The notes under the pieces are model-generated. The model was not told the DNA's origin. It made no database searches and worked only from the letters and a program-made list of their open reading frames with translations. From contig DVNJ01000020.1 in the NCBI GenBank assembly GCA_018714485.1, positions 2,668 through 66,667 on the forward strand: a stretch of 64,000 nucleotides of DNA. Direction: 5' to 3'. This DNA is from Candidatus Caccalectryoclostridium excrementigallinarum. GTDB lineage: Bacteria; Bacillota; Clostridia; Christensenellales; UBA3700. The translations under genes were made by a program, and so were the position numbers. Shown piece after piece: positions 38,213 through 46,576 of this stretch; the stretch's first letter is position 1; each line of letters begins with the position of its first letter.

Positions 38213-39394
38213 ATGATAACCAGGGAACATTATATTGAAAAAGTAAGACCTTTTTACGACTCCGATCTGATAAAGATAATAACGGGCATACGCAGATGCG
38301 GAAAGTCCGTCATCTTGGAGCAGATCATGGACGAGATAGGGCGCACTTCGGACAATATCATATATCTGAATTTTGAGGACAAGCGCGTTTCCGCCAATAT
38401 CACAAATGCGGAAAAGCTGCTTTCATATGTGGAAGAACGCAAAAAAGACGGCAAATGCTATCTCTTTTTTGACGAGGTGCAGACTTTGGACGGATGGCAG
38501 GACGCATGCAAAACGCTCCGTCTTTACGGATATTCCGTTTTTATAACGGGGTCTAACTCCAAGCTTTTATCGGGAGAATTTACCAAGGAGCTTTCGGGAA
38601 GATATGTGGCTTTCCGCGTGCGTCCTTTCGTATATAAAGAGATATGCGCATATTGCAAGGAACTCGGCATAACGCCTTCCGTCACGGACTATCTGATCTG
38701 GGGCGGATTTCCCAAGCGCTTTGAATTTTCCTCTCCCGAGGCGCGGGACAGATATTTGAGCGATTTGAACGATACGATAGTTTTCAACGACCTGATCGGA
38801 AGATATAAAATACGCAAGCACGAGCTTTTCAAAAATCTGACCGATTATATCCTGCGCAGCAACGCAAGGATCTTTTCCGCCAACTCCGTGCGCGAATACT
38901 TAAAGCACGAGCGGGAAAATTGCTCGGTCAACACCATCATCAAATACTTGGGATATTTGGAAGAAGCCTATATCATCGAACGTATAAAGCCCTACTCTTC
39001 CAAGACCAAGAGCGAGCTTTCCTATTACGCCAAAATATACGACGCCGACGTATGCTTTAATTCCATGCGCTGTTTGGGAGAGCGTTACGACATTACCCAC
39101 AATTTGGAAAACATCGTTTACAACGAGCTCATTTATATGGGTCACGAGCTTTATGTATATAACAATAACGGCAAGGAGATAGACTTCGCCGCGACCAAAA
39201 ACGGCAAACGTTATTATATTCAGGTGGCTTACAGCGTGGCGGAAGAAAAGACATGGCAAAGGGAGTTCGAAGCTTTCAAAAATATGGATAACCTCTGCGA
39301 AAAAATACTCATAACCAATGACGACATAGATTATTCCACTTCCACCGTACGGCATATAAAACTGAAAGACTTTCTGCTTATGGAAGATCTTTGA
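38213..39394 (+). CDS. AAA-type ATPase with a DUF4143-like C-terminal domain
   Basis: The Walker A motif is GIRRCGKS and the Walker B-like motif is LFFDEVQ. The architecture is recalled from the AAA_14 plus DUF4143 family. Composition is visibly AT-rich relative to the flanks. Confidence 0.85.
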   Translation: MITREHYIEKVRPFYDSDLIKIITGIRRCGKSVILEQIMDEIGRTSDNIIYLNFEDKRVSANITNAEKLLSYVEERKKDGKCYLFFDEVQTLDGWQDACKTLRLYGYSVFITGSNSKLLSGEFTKELSGRYVAFRVRPFVYKEICAYCKELGITPSVTDYLIWGGFPKRFEFSSPEARDRYLSDLNDTIVFNDLIGRYKIRKHELFKNLTDYILRSNARIFSANSVREYLKHERENCSVNTIIKYLGYLEEAYIIERIKPYSSKTKSELSYYAKIYDADVCFNSMRCLGERYDITHNLENIVYNELIYMGHELYVYNNNGKEIDFAATKNGKRYYIQVAYSVAEEKTWQREFEAFKNMDNLCEKILITNDDIDYSTSTVRHIKLKDFLLMEDL

Positions 39395-39411
39395 CATTCA
39401 AGGCGGATATA

Positions 39412-39438
39412 AGCGGCAACATTGCTTGCCGCTTTTTA
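39412..39438 (+). terminator. Intrinsic terminator after the ATPase gene
   Basis: The sequence is AAGCGGCAA-cattgc-TTGCCGCTT-TTT. Confidence 0.7.
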
Positions 39439-39487
39439 TCACGCAATTTTATGGCTTATCCGCCGTTTGTCGCAAATACAATTTAAT

Positions 39488-40489
39488 ATGGATAAAAATA
39501 AGGCGTTGCAAAATGCGCGCGCGAATTATAAGGCGGCGATGGTATCTTCGGGCGCGGCGTTTATGATAGTGCTCGTGCTCATCGATCCGGACACATATCT
39601 TTTAAGCGCTCTTAACGGGCTTGAGCTGTTCGGGACAAAGGTGGCGCCCGCGCTCTTTCCCTTTTTCTTCTTTTCCGGGCTGATCACCCGCCTCGGCGGC
39701 GCGGAGAGGGCGGGAGCGCTCTTTCGGCGACCCGCTTCGCTTTTTTACAACGTACCCGGCTGCGGCGGATATGTCTGGTGCATGAGCGTTTTGAGCGGTT
39801 ACCCCGTGGGCGCGAAACTCACGCGCGAGCTTTACGAGGGCGGCGCGATCGACAGGGCGCAGGCGCGCGCGATCGCCTCCTTCACCTCCACCTCGGGACC
39901 GCTCTTTGTCGTGGGGACTGTCGCGGCGGGAATGTTTGAAAACGCAAAAGCGGGATATATTTTGCTCGCCGTGCATTTTACAGCCGCCCTTATAAACGGA
40001 TTTTTTTATCGCGGCAAGAAACAAAGTTTTGTCGGCGCCGCCGTCAAGCCCAAAAAGTCGCGTCCGCTCGAGGCGGTGAGCGAGAGCATGAGTTCGGCGC
40101 TCTCTTCCCTGCTCACCGTGGGCGGATATATCGTCGTCTTCGGCATGGCGGCGGACGCGCTCGTCAACGTCGGGCTCATTCCCCTGCTCGCGCGGCTTTT
40201 CGAGCCGCTCGTCTCGCGCGAAGTCGCCGAAGGCGTCCTCATCGGGCTGATCGAAGTGACAAAAGGCGCAGATCGCATCGCAAAGGCGGGCGTAGACGCA
40301 TATTCCGCTCTTCCCGCCCTTTCCTTTATCCTCTCTTTCGGCGGGCTTTCGATAATCGGGCAGTCGCTCTCTTTTCTCTCCCCCTGCGGCATAGGCGCGG
40401 GGAAATTTTTGTTGATGAAACTCACTCAAAGCCTCGCCGCCCTGCTGCTTTCGCTAATTTTGGCTATTGCCATAAAGGCTTTTTCATGA
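39488..40489 (+). CDS. ylbJ: Sporulation integral membrane protein YlbJ (nucleoside-recognition domain family)
   Basis: The region GLELFGTKVAPALFPFFFFSGLI is YlbJ-like. I moved the start to the ATG at 39488, downstream of the terminator. Confidence 0.8.
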   Translation: MDKNKALQNARANYKAAMVSSGAAFMIVLVLIDPDTYLLSALNGLELFGTKVAPALFPFFFFSGLITRLGGAERAGALFRRPASLFYNVPGCGGYVWCMSVLSGYPVGAKLTRELYEGGAIDRAQARAIASFTSTSGPLFVVGTVAAGMFENAKAGYILLAVHFTAALINGFFYRGKKQSFVGAAVKPKKSRPLEAVSESMSSALSSLLTVGGYIVVFGMAADALVNVGLIPLLARLFEPLVSREVAEGVLIGLIEVTKGADRIAKAGVDAYSALPALSFILSFGGLSIIGQSLSFLSPCGIGAGKFLLMKLTQSLAALLLSLILAIAIKAFS

Positions 40490-40501
40490 TATGATAAAAA
40501 T

Positions 40502-42367
40502 ATGAAAAAGAGTTTTGCCTTGCTTATCCTGCTTACGCTTTTCGCCGCGCTTGCGGCGCTTTGCTGCTGCGTGGATACGCATACGCATGAGGCGGCATAT
40601 TTTCCCGCCGCGCAGCCCAACTGTTTAAGCGAAGGCAGCAGCGGCTATTATTATTGCGCGGGGTGCAAAAAATATTTTTCCGACGCGGCCTGCACGCGCG
40701 AGATAAGCAAAGACCAAGCTGTTTTGCCCAAAAACGACGATCACGATTGGGGAGAATGGGAGCAGACCTCCGCGCCCGACTGCACCCATGCGGGAGAGCG
40801 CGTGCGCGCATGTATGCGGTGCGGCAAGAGCGAAACGCAAACGCTCGAAAGCAAACACACGCTCGTATACCACGGCGGAGTACAGCCCACCTGCACGGAG
40901 GCGGGACATGAGCCTTATTTGCGCTGCTCTGTCTGCGGAGCGATGTTCACGCAAACGGACAGACTGCCGATAAGTCAGCCGCCCGTGCTGCCAGCCGCGC
41001 ATAAGCCCGAGCCTCGGGCGGAGATCCCCTCCACCTGTTCGCAGGCGGGATCGCGCGGGCATTACGCCTGCTCCTCTTGCGGCAAGCTGTTCGACGACAT
41101 AGCTTGCACGCGCGAAGTGAGCGCGGAAGAGCTCGCCCTGCCCCTTGAAGCGCACTCTTTCAATGACGAGCACGTCTGCTCTCTTTGCCTTGCTCCCGAC
41201 CACTCTTACTATACGCCCGGGCTTGAATTCGGTTATGTCGAGCGCAAAATGTCCCTGACGGGTTTGGGGGAAGCGCGGGGCGACATCGTAGTGCAACCTT
41301 ATCACGACGGCGTTCCCGTCACGGCGGTGGCGGCGCTTGCCGCCTCGGAGGCAGGCGCGGAGCACAAGCTCACTTCCATAGTTTTGCCCTCGAGCGTGAC
41401 CGAAATAGGCGACAGCGCCTTCTCGGGCTGCTCCGCGCTGACCGAAATCTCCCTTCCGAACGGCTTGAAAAGCATAGGTCAAAGCGCCTTTGCCGGCTGC
41501 GGCATGACCGCGATCTTTCTGCCCGAGAGCTTGGAAACCTTGGGAATGAGCGCCTTTTCGGGCTGCGCGCTCGATGAGATAACGCTGCCGGGCAAAGTTA
41601 CTTCCATTCCCGCGCGGCTGTTTGAAAACTGCGTCTCGCTCAAAAAAGTAACGCTGCCCGCCGCCGTGCAGAGCGTGGCGTCCACCTTTATCCTCGGCTG
41701 CGACACGGACGAGTTGATTTTGAGCGGCAGCGAAAAATTCCGCGTGGAAAGCGGCTGCCTGATGCAAAACGGCGCGCCCAACAGCGTACTTATCGCGGGC
41801 GTGAACGGCGCGGTCATCCCGAACATGGTGAGCGAGATAAAGCCTTACGCCTTTTCGGGCAGGACAAGGATAAGCTCTCTCGTCATTCCCGCGACCGTGA
41901 CGAAGATAGGCGAAGGGGCGTTTTCAAACTGCCCCGCGCTCGTGGGCATGAGCGTTGAAGACGGCGGCTTTTCCTATTATATGCACGGCGGCTGTCTGAT
42001 AGAGGCGGACAGCATGCAGGCAAACCGTCAAGAAACGCTCCTCTTCGCCTGCCATACGGGCGAGGCGGCGGATCTCTCCGCCTCGGAGCATCTCGCAAGC
42101 GTGGCGGCATACGCCTTCGAAAGCGCTAAGGTGACGGAAGTGATCCTGCCCGACAGCATAGAGACGATCGGCGAATTTGCCTTTAAGGACTGTGCGGCGG
42201 GCGGCGTGATTATAGGCGCAGACATAAAAAATATCGGCTATCACGCCTTTGAAAACTGCTCCTTGACGATAAGTTTTAACGGTACGCGCGAGACTTGGGA
42301 TTTCCGCGCGGGCACATTCGCCACGGGCTGGAACCCCGAAGATCTGAGGATCGTCTGCTTGAAATAA
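40502..42367 (+). CDS. Secreted or lipid-anchored BspA-type leucine-rich-repeat protein with N-terminal Cys-rich modules
   Basis: The protein has a signal peptide. Repeated C...G...Y.C..C modules occupy the N-terminus. LRR_5-like repeats (I.LP.S...IG..AF..C..L) occupy the C-terminal two thirds. Confidence 0.85.
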   Translation: MKKSFALLILLTLFAALAALCCCVDTHTHEAAYFPAAQPNCLSEGSSGYYYCAGCKKYFSDAACTREISKDQAVLPKNDDHDWGEWEQTSAPDCTHAGERVRACMRCGKSETQTLESKHTLVYHGGVQPTCTEAGHEPYLRCSVCGAMFTQTDRLPISQPPVLPAAHKPEPRAEIPSTCSQAGSRGHYACSSCGKLFDDIACTREVSAEELALPLEAHSFNDEHVCSLCLAPDHSYYTPGLEFGYVERKMSLTGLGEARGDIVVQPYHDGVPVTAVAALAASEAGAEHKLTSIVLPSSVTEIGDSAFSGCSALTEISLPNGLKSIGQSAFAGCGMTAIFLPESLETLGMSAFSGCALDEITLPGKVTSIPARLFENCVSLKKVTLPAAVQSVASTFILGCDTDELILSGSEKFRVESGCLMQNGAPNSVLIAGVNGAVIPNMVSEIKPYAFSGRTRISSLVIPATVTKIGEGAFSNCPALVGMSVEDGGFSYYMHGGCLIEADSMQANRQETLLFACHTGEAADLSASEHLASVAAYAFESAKVTEVILPDSIETIGEFAFKDCAAGGVIIGADIKNIGYHAFENCSLTISFNGTRETWDFRAGTFATGWNPEDLRIVCLK

Positions 42368-42391
42368 GCCAAAATATATCCGCCGAAAAGC

Positions 42392-42424
42392 AAAAGCGGC
42401 GGCTCGACGCCGCCGCATTTTTTG
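42392..42424. terminator. Bidirectional intrinsic terminator
   Basis: The sequence is GCGGCGGC-tcga(c)-GCCGCCGC followed by ATTTTTT. Confidence 0.75.
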
Positions 42425-42434
42425 TCCCGAACTT

Positions 42435-43400
42435 TCAAACTTCTACGAAAACGTGCTCTACGCTCATATTTCCCTCATCGTCCACTCTGAAGACGCTGCC
42501 GCCCGAAACGCCCTCTTTCCAATAGCACCTGTCGCCCGTCTTCAAGGCGAACGTAAGGCGCACGCCTTCATAGAGGATAGAGGCGAAATTGGTGTGATCG
42601 TGTCCGCAGATGACGTTTTTCGTGCTCCCGAGCGCCTTGATCATGGTGAAAAAGCCGTTGTCCACGGGCGGGCAGGAGATATTTTCGTTATTCTCCCCGA
42701 AGCCCATGGCGGGATCGAAGCCGCCCGCGCGCCAAAGCTCGTAGGCGGAAACATATTGCAGAATGGGGATATGCAGAAAAATTGACGAGGGCGGCATTTT
42801 TCCGCCGTTCATCCGCTTGAATTCGCCGAGCATGGCGCGATACCAGCTTATCTGATTATATTTGACGTTGTCGTAGGCGGTGATTTTTTCCCTCACGCCG
42901 CCCTCGCCGCGCACCATATATTCCGCCTTTGCCCCCGAATCGAAGAAAAAGCAGGAATGAACTATCCTTTCCGCCTCGGCGCCGCGCGCGGGAAGCATAA
43001 TATTGACGACGTAATTGCCGCATCCGAAAAGCCCTTTCGGACCGTTGCGGAAGAGGCAAAGCTCGCTCTTGCGGTAATGCGCGGCGGTATATTCCTTGTC
43101 CGCCCTGCCCGAACAGTCGTGATTGCCCAAAATGGGCGCCCAGGGCACGCCGAAGCCGTCCATCAGCTTGCACAAAAAGCGCAGCGAACTCTTGGTGCGG
43201 AAGCCCCACACCTGATCGCCCGTGAGCGTGATGAGATCGGGCTTCACCCTTTCCGCCAGCCGCTTTATCGTCTCCACGGTCATGTTGCGGTTGCCGAAGA
43301 GATCGAAAAGGTCGTTGAACTGCACGTCGGCGAGATTGAGGATCACGAGATCGCGCCCCGGCTCTTTATAAAATTTGACGATATAATCTTCTTCGTGCAT
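42435..43400 (-). CDS. Calcineurin-like metallophosphoesterase
   Basis: The motifs GDQ, GNHD and GHDH are present. Confidence 0.85.
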   Translation of the reverse strand: MHEEDYIVKFYKEPGRDLVILNLADVQFNDLFDLFGNRNMTVETIKRLAERVKPDLITLTGDQVWGFRTKSSLRFLCKLMDGFGVPWAPILGNHDCSGRADKEYTAAHYRKSELCLFRNGPKGLFGCGNYVVNIMLPARGAEAERIVHSCFFFDSGAKAEYMVRGEGGVREKITAYDNVKYNQISWYRAMLGEFKRMNGGKMPPSSIFLHIPILQYVSAYELWRAGGFDPAMGFGENNENISCPPVDNGFFTMIKALGSTKNVICGHDHTNFASILYEGVRLTFALKTGDRCYWKEGVSGGSVFRVDDEGNMSVEHVFVEV

Positions 43401-43403
43401 GCC

Positions 43404-44528
43404 TCAGTTGCCCAGATCCAGCTCCCCCGCGAATTGAGAATCGTCGATGACGTATCTCTCGTATTTTTCGTTTTGGAAGACGCGCACGGAATCGATGACA
43501 AAGTCCGCCCCCTCCTTGAACGCGCCGATCTTCTGCCCGTGGGGTCCCCACTTGTCGCCCGCGTCCAGCTCCACGGTCAGGCGCAGAAACTCGCGCACAT
43601 GCGAAACTCCGCCCGCTCTGCTCGCCCAAGTCGCCTTTCCGTCCACATAGAAAACGTAATATTCCGGCGTCCATTTGAGGGCGAAAGTATGGAACTCTCC
43701 GTCGTAAAGATCCACGTCAAGCTCGCCGATATAGCCCTCCACGCGCGCATATTCGCCATAGCCGTTCCAAAGCAGCGCATGCCCCATCTTCGACTTTCTG
43801 CTGCGGTAAAACGCGCTCTCGTAAACGTCTATCTCCGTGCCGTCCACGCCCTCGGCGCCCGTCTTGCGCATGCCGGAAGATTGCAGCCAGAACGCCGACC
43901 ACATGCCCTCGGCGGCGGGGAACCTGACCGTCGCTTCGAAATAACCGAACGCCTGGGCAAAGAGCAGATCGTCCGCCTGACCCTTGTTGGCGACCTCGCT
44001 GTCCTCGCCCTCGATTATGGCGCGCGTCTCTATTCCCGAAGTGAATCTGCCGCTTTGAGGGCACTTGTTCTGCGAGCAGACGTGATCGCTCTCCTGCGCC
44101 GAACGCACGGTGACATAGCCGTCCCCCACGCTCACCATGTCCGCGCACCAATAGCAAGCCTGCTCGGGCTTGTCCGCGTCGTTGCTCTCCCATCTCACGC
44201 CCTCGGGCGAAGTCGTCCAGATGCCCTCTTTGCTCTGCCTTTCAAAGTCCTCGGGATTTTTCTGCTTATACACTTCGCCGAAGACCGTGCTCGCGTTAAG
44301 CGCGTCTTCAAGGTCGTCGCTGTTTGTATCGCCCTTGTCGAATTCGTCCTCGAAGACGAGATACCAACCGTCCTCGTCCACGCCCGAAGTCGCGGTTATC
44401 TTTTCCAGCTCGGGAAGGGAAAGATCGTAACTTCCGTCATTCCATTCCTCCGTGCAGCCCGCGAAACACAGCGCCGTCACCGCGATGAGCAGCGCGGCAG
44501 CGATCGCGACAAGCGCCGTCTTTTTCAT
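43404..44528 (-). CDS. Lipoprotein glycoside hydrolase family 16 (beta-glucanase-like)
   Basis: The lipobox is FAGC. The GH16 catalytic motif E-I-D-V-Y-E (GTEIDVYES) and MWSAFWL are present. Confidence 0.85.
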   Translation of the reverse strand: MKKTALVAIAAALLIAVTALCFAGCTEEWNDGSYDLSLPELEKITATSGVDEDGWYLVFEDEFDKGDTNSDDLEDALNASTVFGEVYKQKNPEDFERQSKEGIWTTSPEGVRWESNDADKPEQACYWCADMVSVGDGYVTVRSAQESDHVCSQNKCPQSGRFTSGIETRAIIEGEDSEVANKGQADDLLFAQAFGYFEATVRFPAAEGMWSAFWLQSSGMRKTGAEGVDGTEIDVYESAFYRSRKSKMGHALLWNGYGEYARVEGYIGELDVDLYDGEFHTFALKWTPEYYVFYVDGKATWASRAGGVSHVREFLRLTVELDAGDKWGPHGQKIGAFKEGADFVIDSVRVFQNEKYERYVIDDSQFAGELDLGN

Positions 44529-44532
44529 CTTC

Positions 44533-44991
44533 TCACCTCATCTTGCTGTCCAATTCGCGGCGCGTGGCGATGACCGCCTGAATGGCTTCGTTGAGCTTGC
44601 CGTAAGCGTCGTCCGTCATGCCGCAAAGATACTTATAAGTGTCGCTCACGACGCGGTTGGCATATTCCACCGCCTCGTCGCGTATGCCCTGAGCCTGCCG
44701 CCTCGCCTCGTCCACGATCGCGTGCTCGTCCACGAGCGTCTGCGCCTGACGGCGGGCGCCCTCGATGATGGCGTTGGCGTTGGACTTGGCGTTTTCCAAA
44801 ATGTCGTTCTTGTCGGCGAGCACGACGCGCGCCTCCGAGATGGTGGACGGCAGCATGTTGCGTATCTGATTGATGTATTCAAGACACTTGAATTCGTCCA
44901 CGAGTTTAAGCCCCGCGCCCGCGAACATGGCTTTTTTGCCCGACCTGATCTCCTCTTCGAGGCTGTCGAGCAGTCTTTCTACTTCGGTCAT
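44533..44991 (-). CDS. Hypothetical coiled-coil protein
   Basis: The ORF is 152 aa. Its ATG overlaps the stop of the rsmD-coaD gene. The protein is helical, charged and repeat-like (ARRQAQ occurs twice). Confidence 0.7.
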   Translation of the reverse strand: MTEVERLLDSLEEEIRSGKKAMFAGAGLKLVDEFKCLEYINQIRNMLPSTISEARVVLADKNDILENAKSNANAIIEGARRQAQTLVDEHAIVDEARRQAQGIRDEAVEYANRVVSDTYKYLCGMTDDAYGKLNEAIQAVIATRRELDSKMR

Positions 44992-46019
44992 TATTTCCCT
45001 CCCGCTGCATGCAGCTTTTTATATTCTTCTTTGACAATTCGGCTCGTCCCCGGCGCGCAAAGTCTCTCGATCGCCTCATCGTCCTCTTCGGCGAGCGCCT
45101 TTCTCAGCGCGGTGGAACTGATGTCCGTCAACCCCTCGGCAGAGGTGAAAACCGTGCTCACGCCTCCCTTTTCGAGGTTATAGCGCGCCATGAATTCCTC
45201 ATATTCCCTGTCCTGCTCGCCGCGCAGTCCGCGCACGATGACGGGTATGCCCTTTTTGTTGCAATATTTATAGACGTATCCCTCGCAGATGTCCACGCTC
45301 ACGTTTTCCAAGCCTTCGAGCGCCTTTTTGGCTATCTTTTCCCTCACCGCGAGCGGAAAAGCGGAGGGCTTTGTGTCGTTGACGGCGATGACCACAGCCG
45401 CCTTGTCGAACATTTTCAGGGCGCGGCGCACCACCTCGACATGCCCGCGCGTCATGGGATCGAAAGAGCCTGTCACCGCGCATATGCTCCCGCGCCTGAT
45501 ATATTCGAGCGCGGCGCTGCCGTAACGCTTGCTCTTGATTATCCGAAACCCTTCGGGCGCGGCGACTTTTTTCTCCGCGGCATGCTCATAGACGATGATC
45601 CCGTCCTCGGCGAGCAGTCCGCGGCGGACGCACACGGCGCAGATGCGCTCGAGGCAGTCCTCCTTATAGGGCGGATCGGCGAAGATGATGTCGAAAGCGC
45701 CGGGAAGACGCTCCAAGAGCGCGAAGGAATCGCCCTCGTAGACCTTCCCCGCCCCCTTCAAAAGGGCGACGTTCTGTTTGAGCAGAGGCAGGACGTCGCG
45801 TCCGCGTTCGCAGAAATAGACCTCCGACGCGCCGCGGCTGAACGCTTCGATCCCCACGGCGCCGCTGCCCGCGAAGAGGTCGAGGAACCTGCTCCCGCCC
45901 ACCTGCGCCTGCAAGCTGTCGAAAATGCTCTCGCGCACCTTCGCGCTCGTGGGACGCACCTCGCGCCCCTCGGGAGCGAGGATATTCCTGCCTTTGAGTT
46001 TTCCCGCCGAGATCCTCAC
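44991..46019 (-). CDS. coaD: Fusion protein: 16S rRNA m2G966 methyltransferase RsmD plus phosphopantetheine adenylyltransferase CoaD
   Basis: The N-terminal half carries RPTSAKVRESIFDSL and DLFAGSGAVGIEA...DPPY (RsmD). The C-terminal half carries GSFDPMTRGH (CoaD). Confidence 0.9.
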   Translation of the reverse strand: MRISAGKLKGRNILAPEGREVRPTSAKVRESIFDSLQAQVGGSRFLDLFAGSGAVGIEAFSRGASEVYFCERGRDVLPLLKQNVALLKGAGKVYEGDSFALLERLPGAFDIIFADPPYKEDCLERICAVCVRRGLLAEDGIIVYEHAAEKKVAAPEGFRIIKSKRYGSAALEYIRRGSICAVTGSFDPMTRGHVEVVRRALKMFDKAAVVIAVNDTKPSAFPLAVREKIAKKALEGLENVSVDICEGYVYKYCNKKGIPVIVRGLRGEQDREYEEFMARYNLEKGGVSTVFTSAEGLTDISSTALRKALAEEDDEAIERLCAPGTSRIVKEEYKKLHAAGGK

Positions 46020-46576
46020 TCTATCTCCTCCGCTTTCAATATCCCGTTTTGCGTGATCACCGCGTCGAGCGGGACGTCGTGCGCTTCAAGCCGTACGCCG
46101 CGCACATATCGGCACGCATAAGCCGCGCCCGCGCGCAGGCAGGGGCATTGCGCGAAAAAGGCGTCGTAGCAGCCCTTTCCCCTGCCCACTCTGCCGCCGC
46201 GCGAAGTGAACGCCACGAGCGGCGTTATGCAAAGGGCTATATCCGCGTCCCTCGGCGCTACCTCTTCCCCCTGCGGTTCGAGAATGCCGTAAGCGCCGCT
46301 CTTGAACCTGCTGCGCGCGCCCACTTGCACGAGCTTTATCCCGCCCTCTCTCATCACGGGCAGAAAGACCTTTCTTCCCGCGGCGATCAGCTCGCGCGTC
46401 GCCGCCGAAACGTCCGCCTCGTCTTCGAGCGGGCTGTAAAGGCAGACCGCGCCCTCCACGCATTCGGCAAGGGCGAGCACATAGGCGGAGATCGCCTCGT
46501 CCGCCTGCTTTCTCTCCCTTTCGCTCATCTTGCTCTGCGCGGCGCGCGCCGCCCTTCTCGCCTCGAACTTATCCAC
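46016..46576 (-). CDS. 5-formyltetrahydrofolate cyclo-ligase
   Basis: MTHFS-like motifs are present ([11 protein letters not shown]). Confidence 0.85.
   Translation of the reverse strand: MDKFEARRAARAAQSKMSERERKQADEAISAYVLALAECVEGAVCLYSPLEDEADVSAATRELIAAGRKVFLPVMREGGIKLVQVGARSRFKSGAYGILEPQGEEVAPRDADIALCITPLVAFTSRGGRVGRGKGCYDAFFAQCPCLRAGAAYACRYVRGVRLEAHDVPLDAVITQNGILKAEEIE

Noticed and set aside
38213-39394. The DUF4143 ATPase as a defence system.
   Set aside because: It is a single gene with no adjacent nuclease, methylase, TIR, SIR2 or other effector. I report it only as a compositional island.
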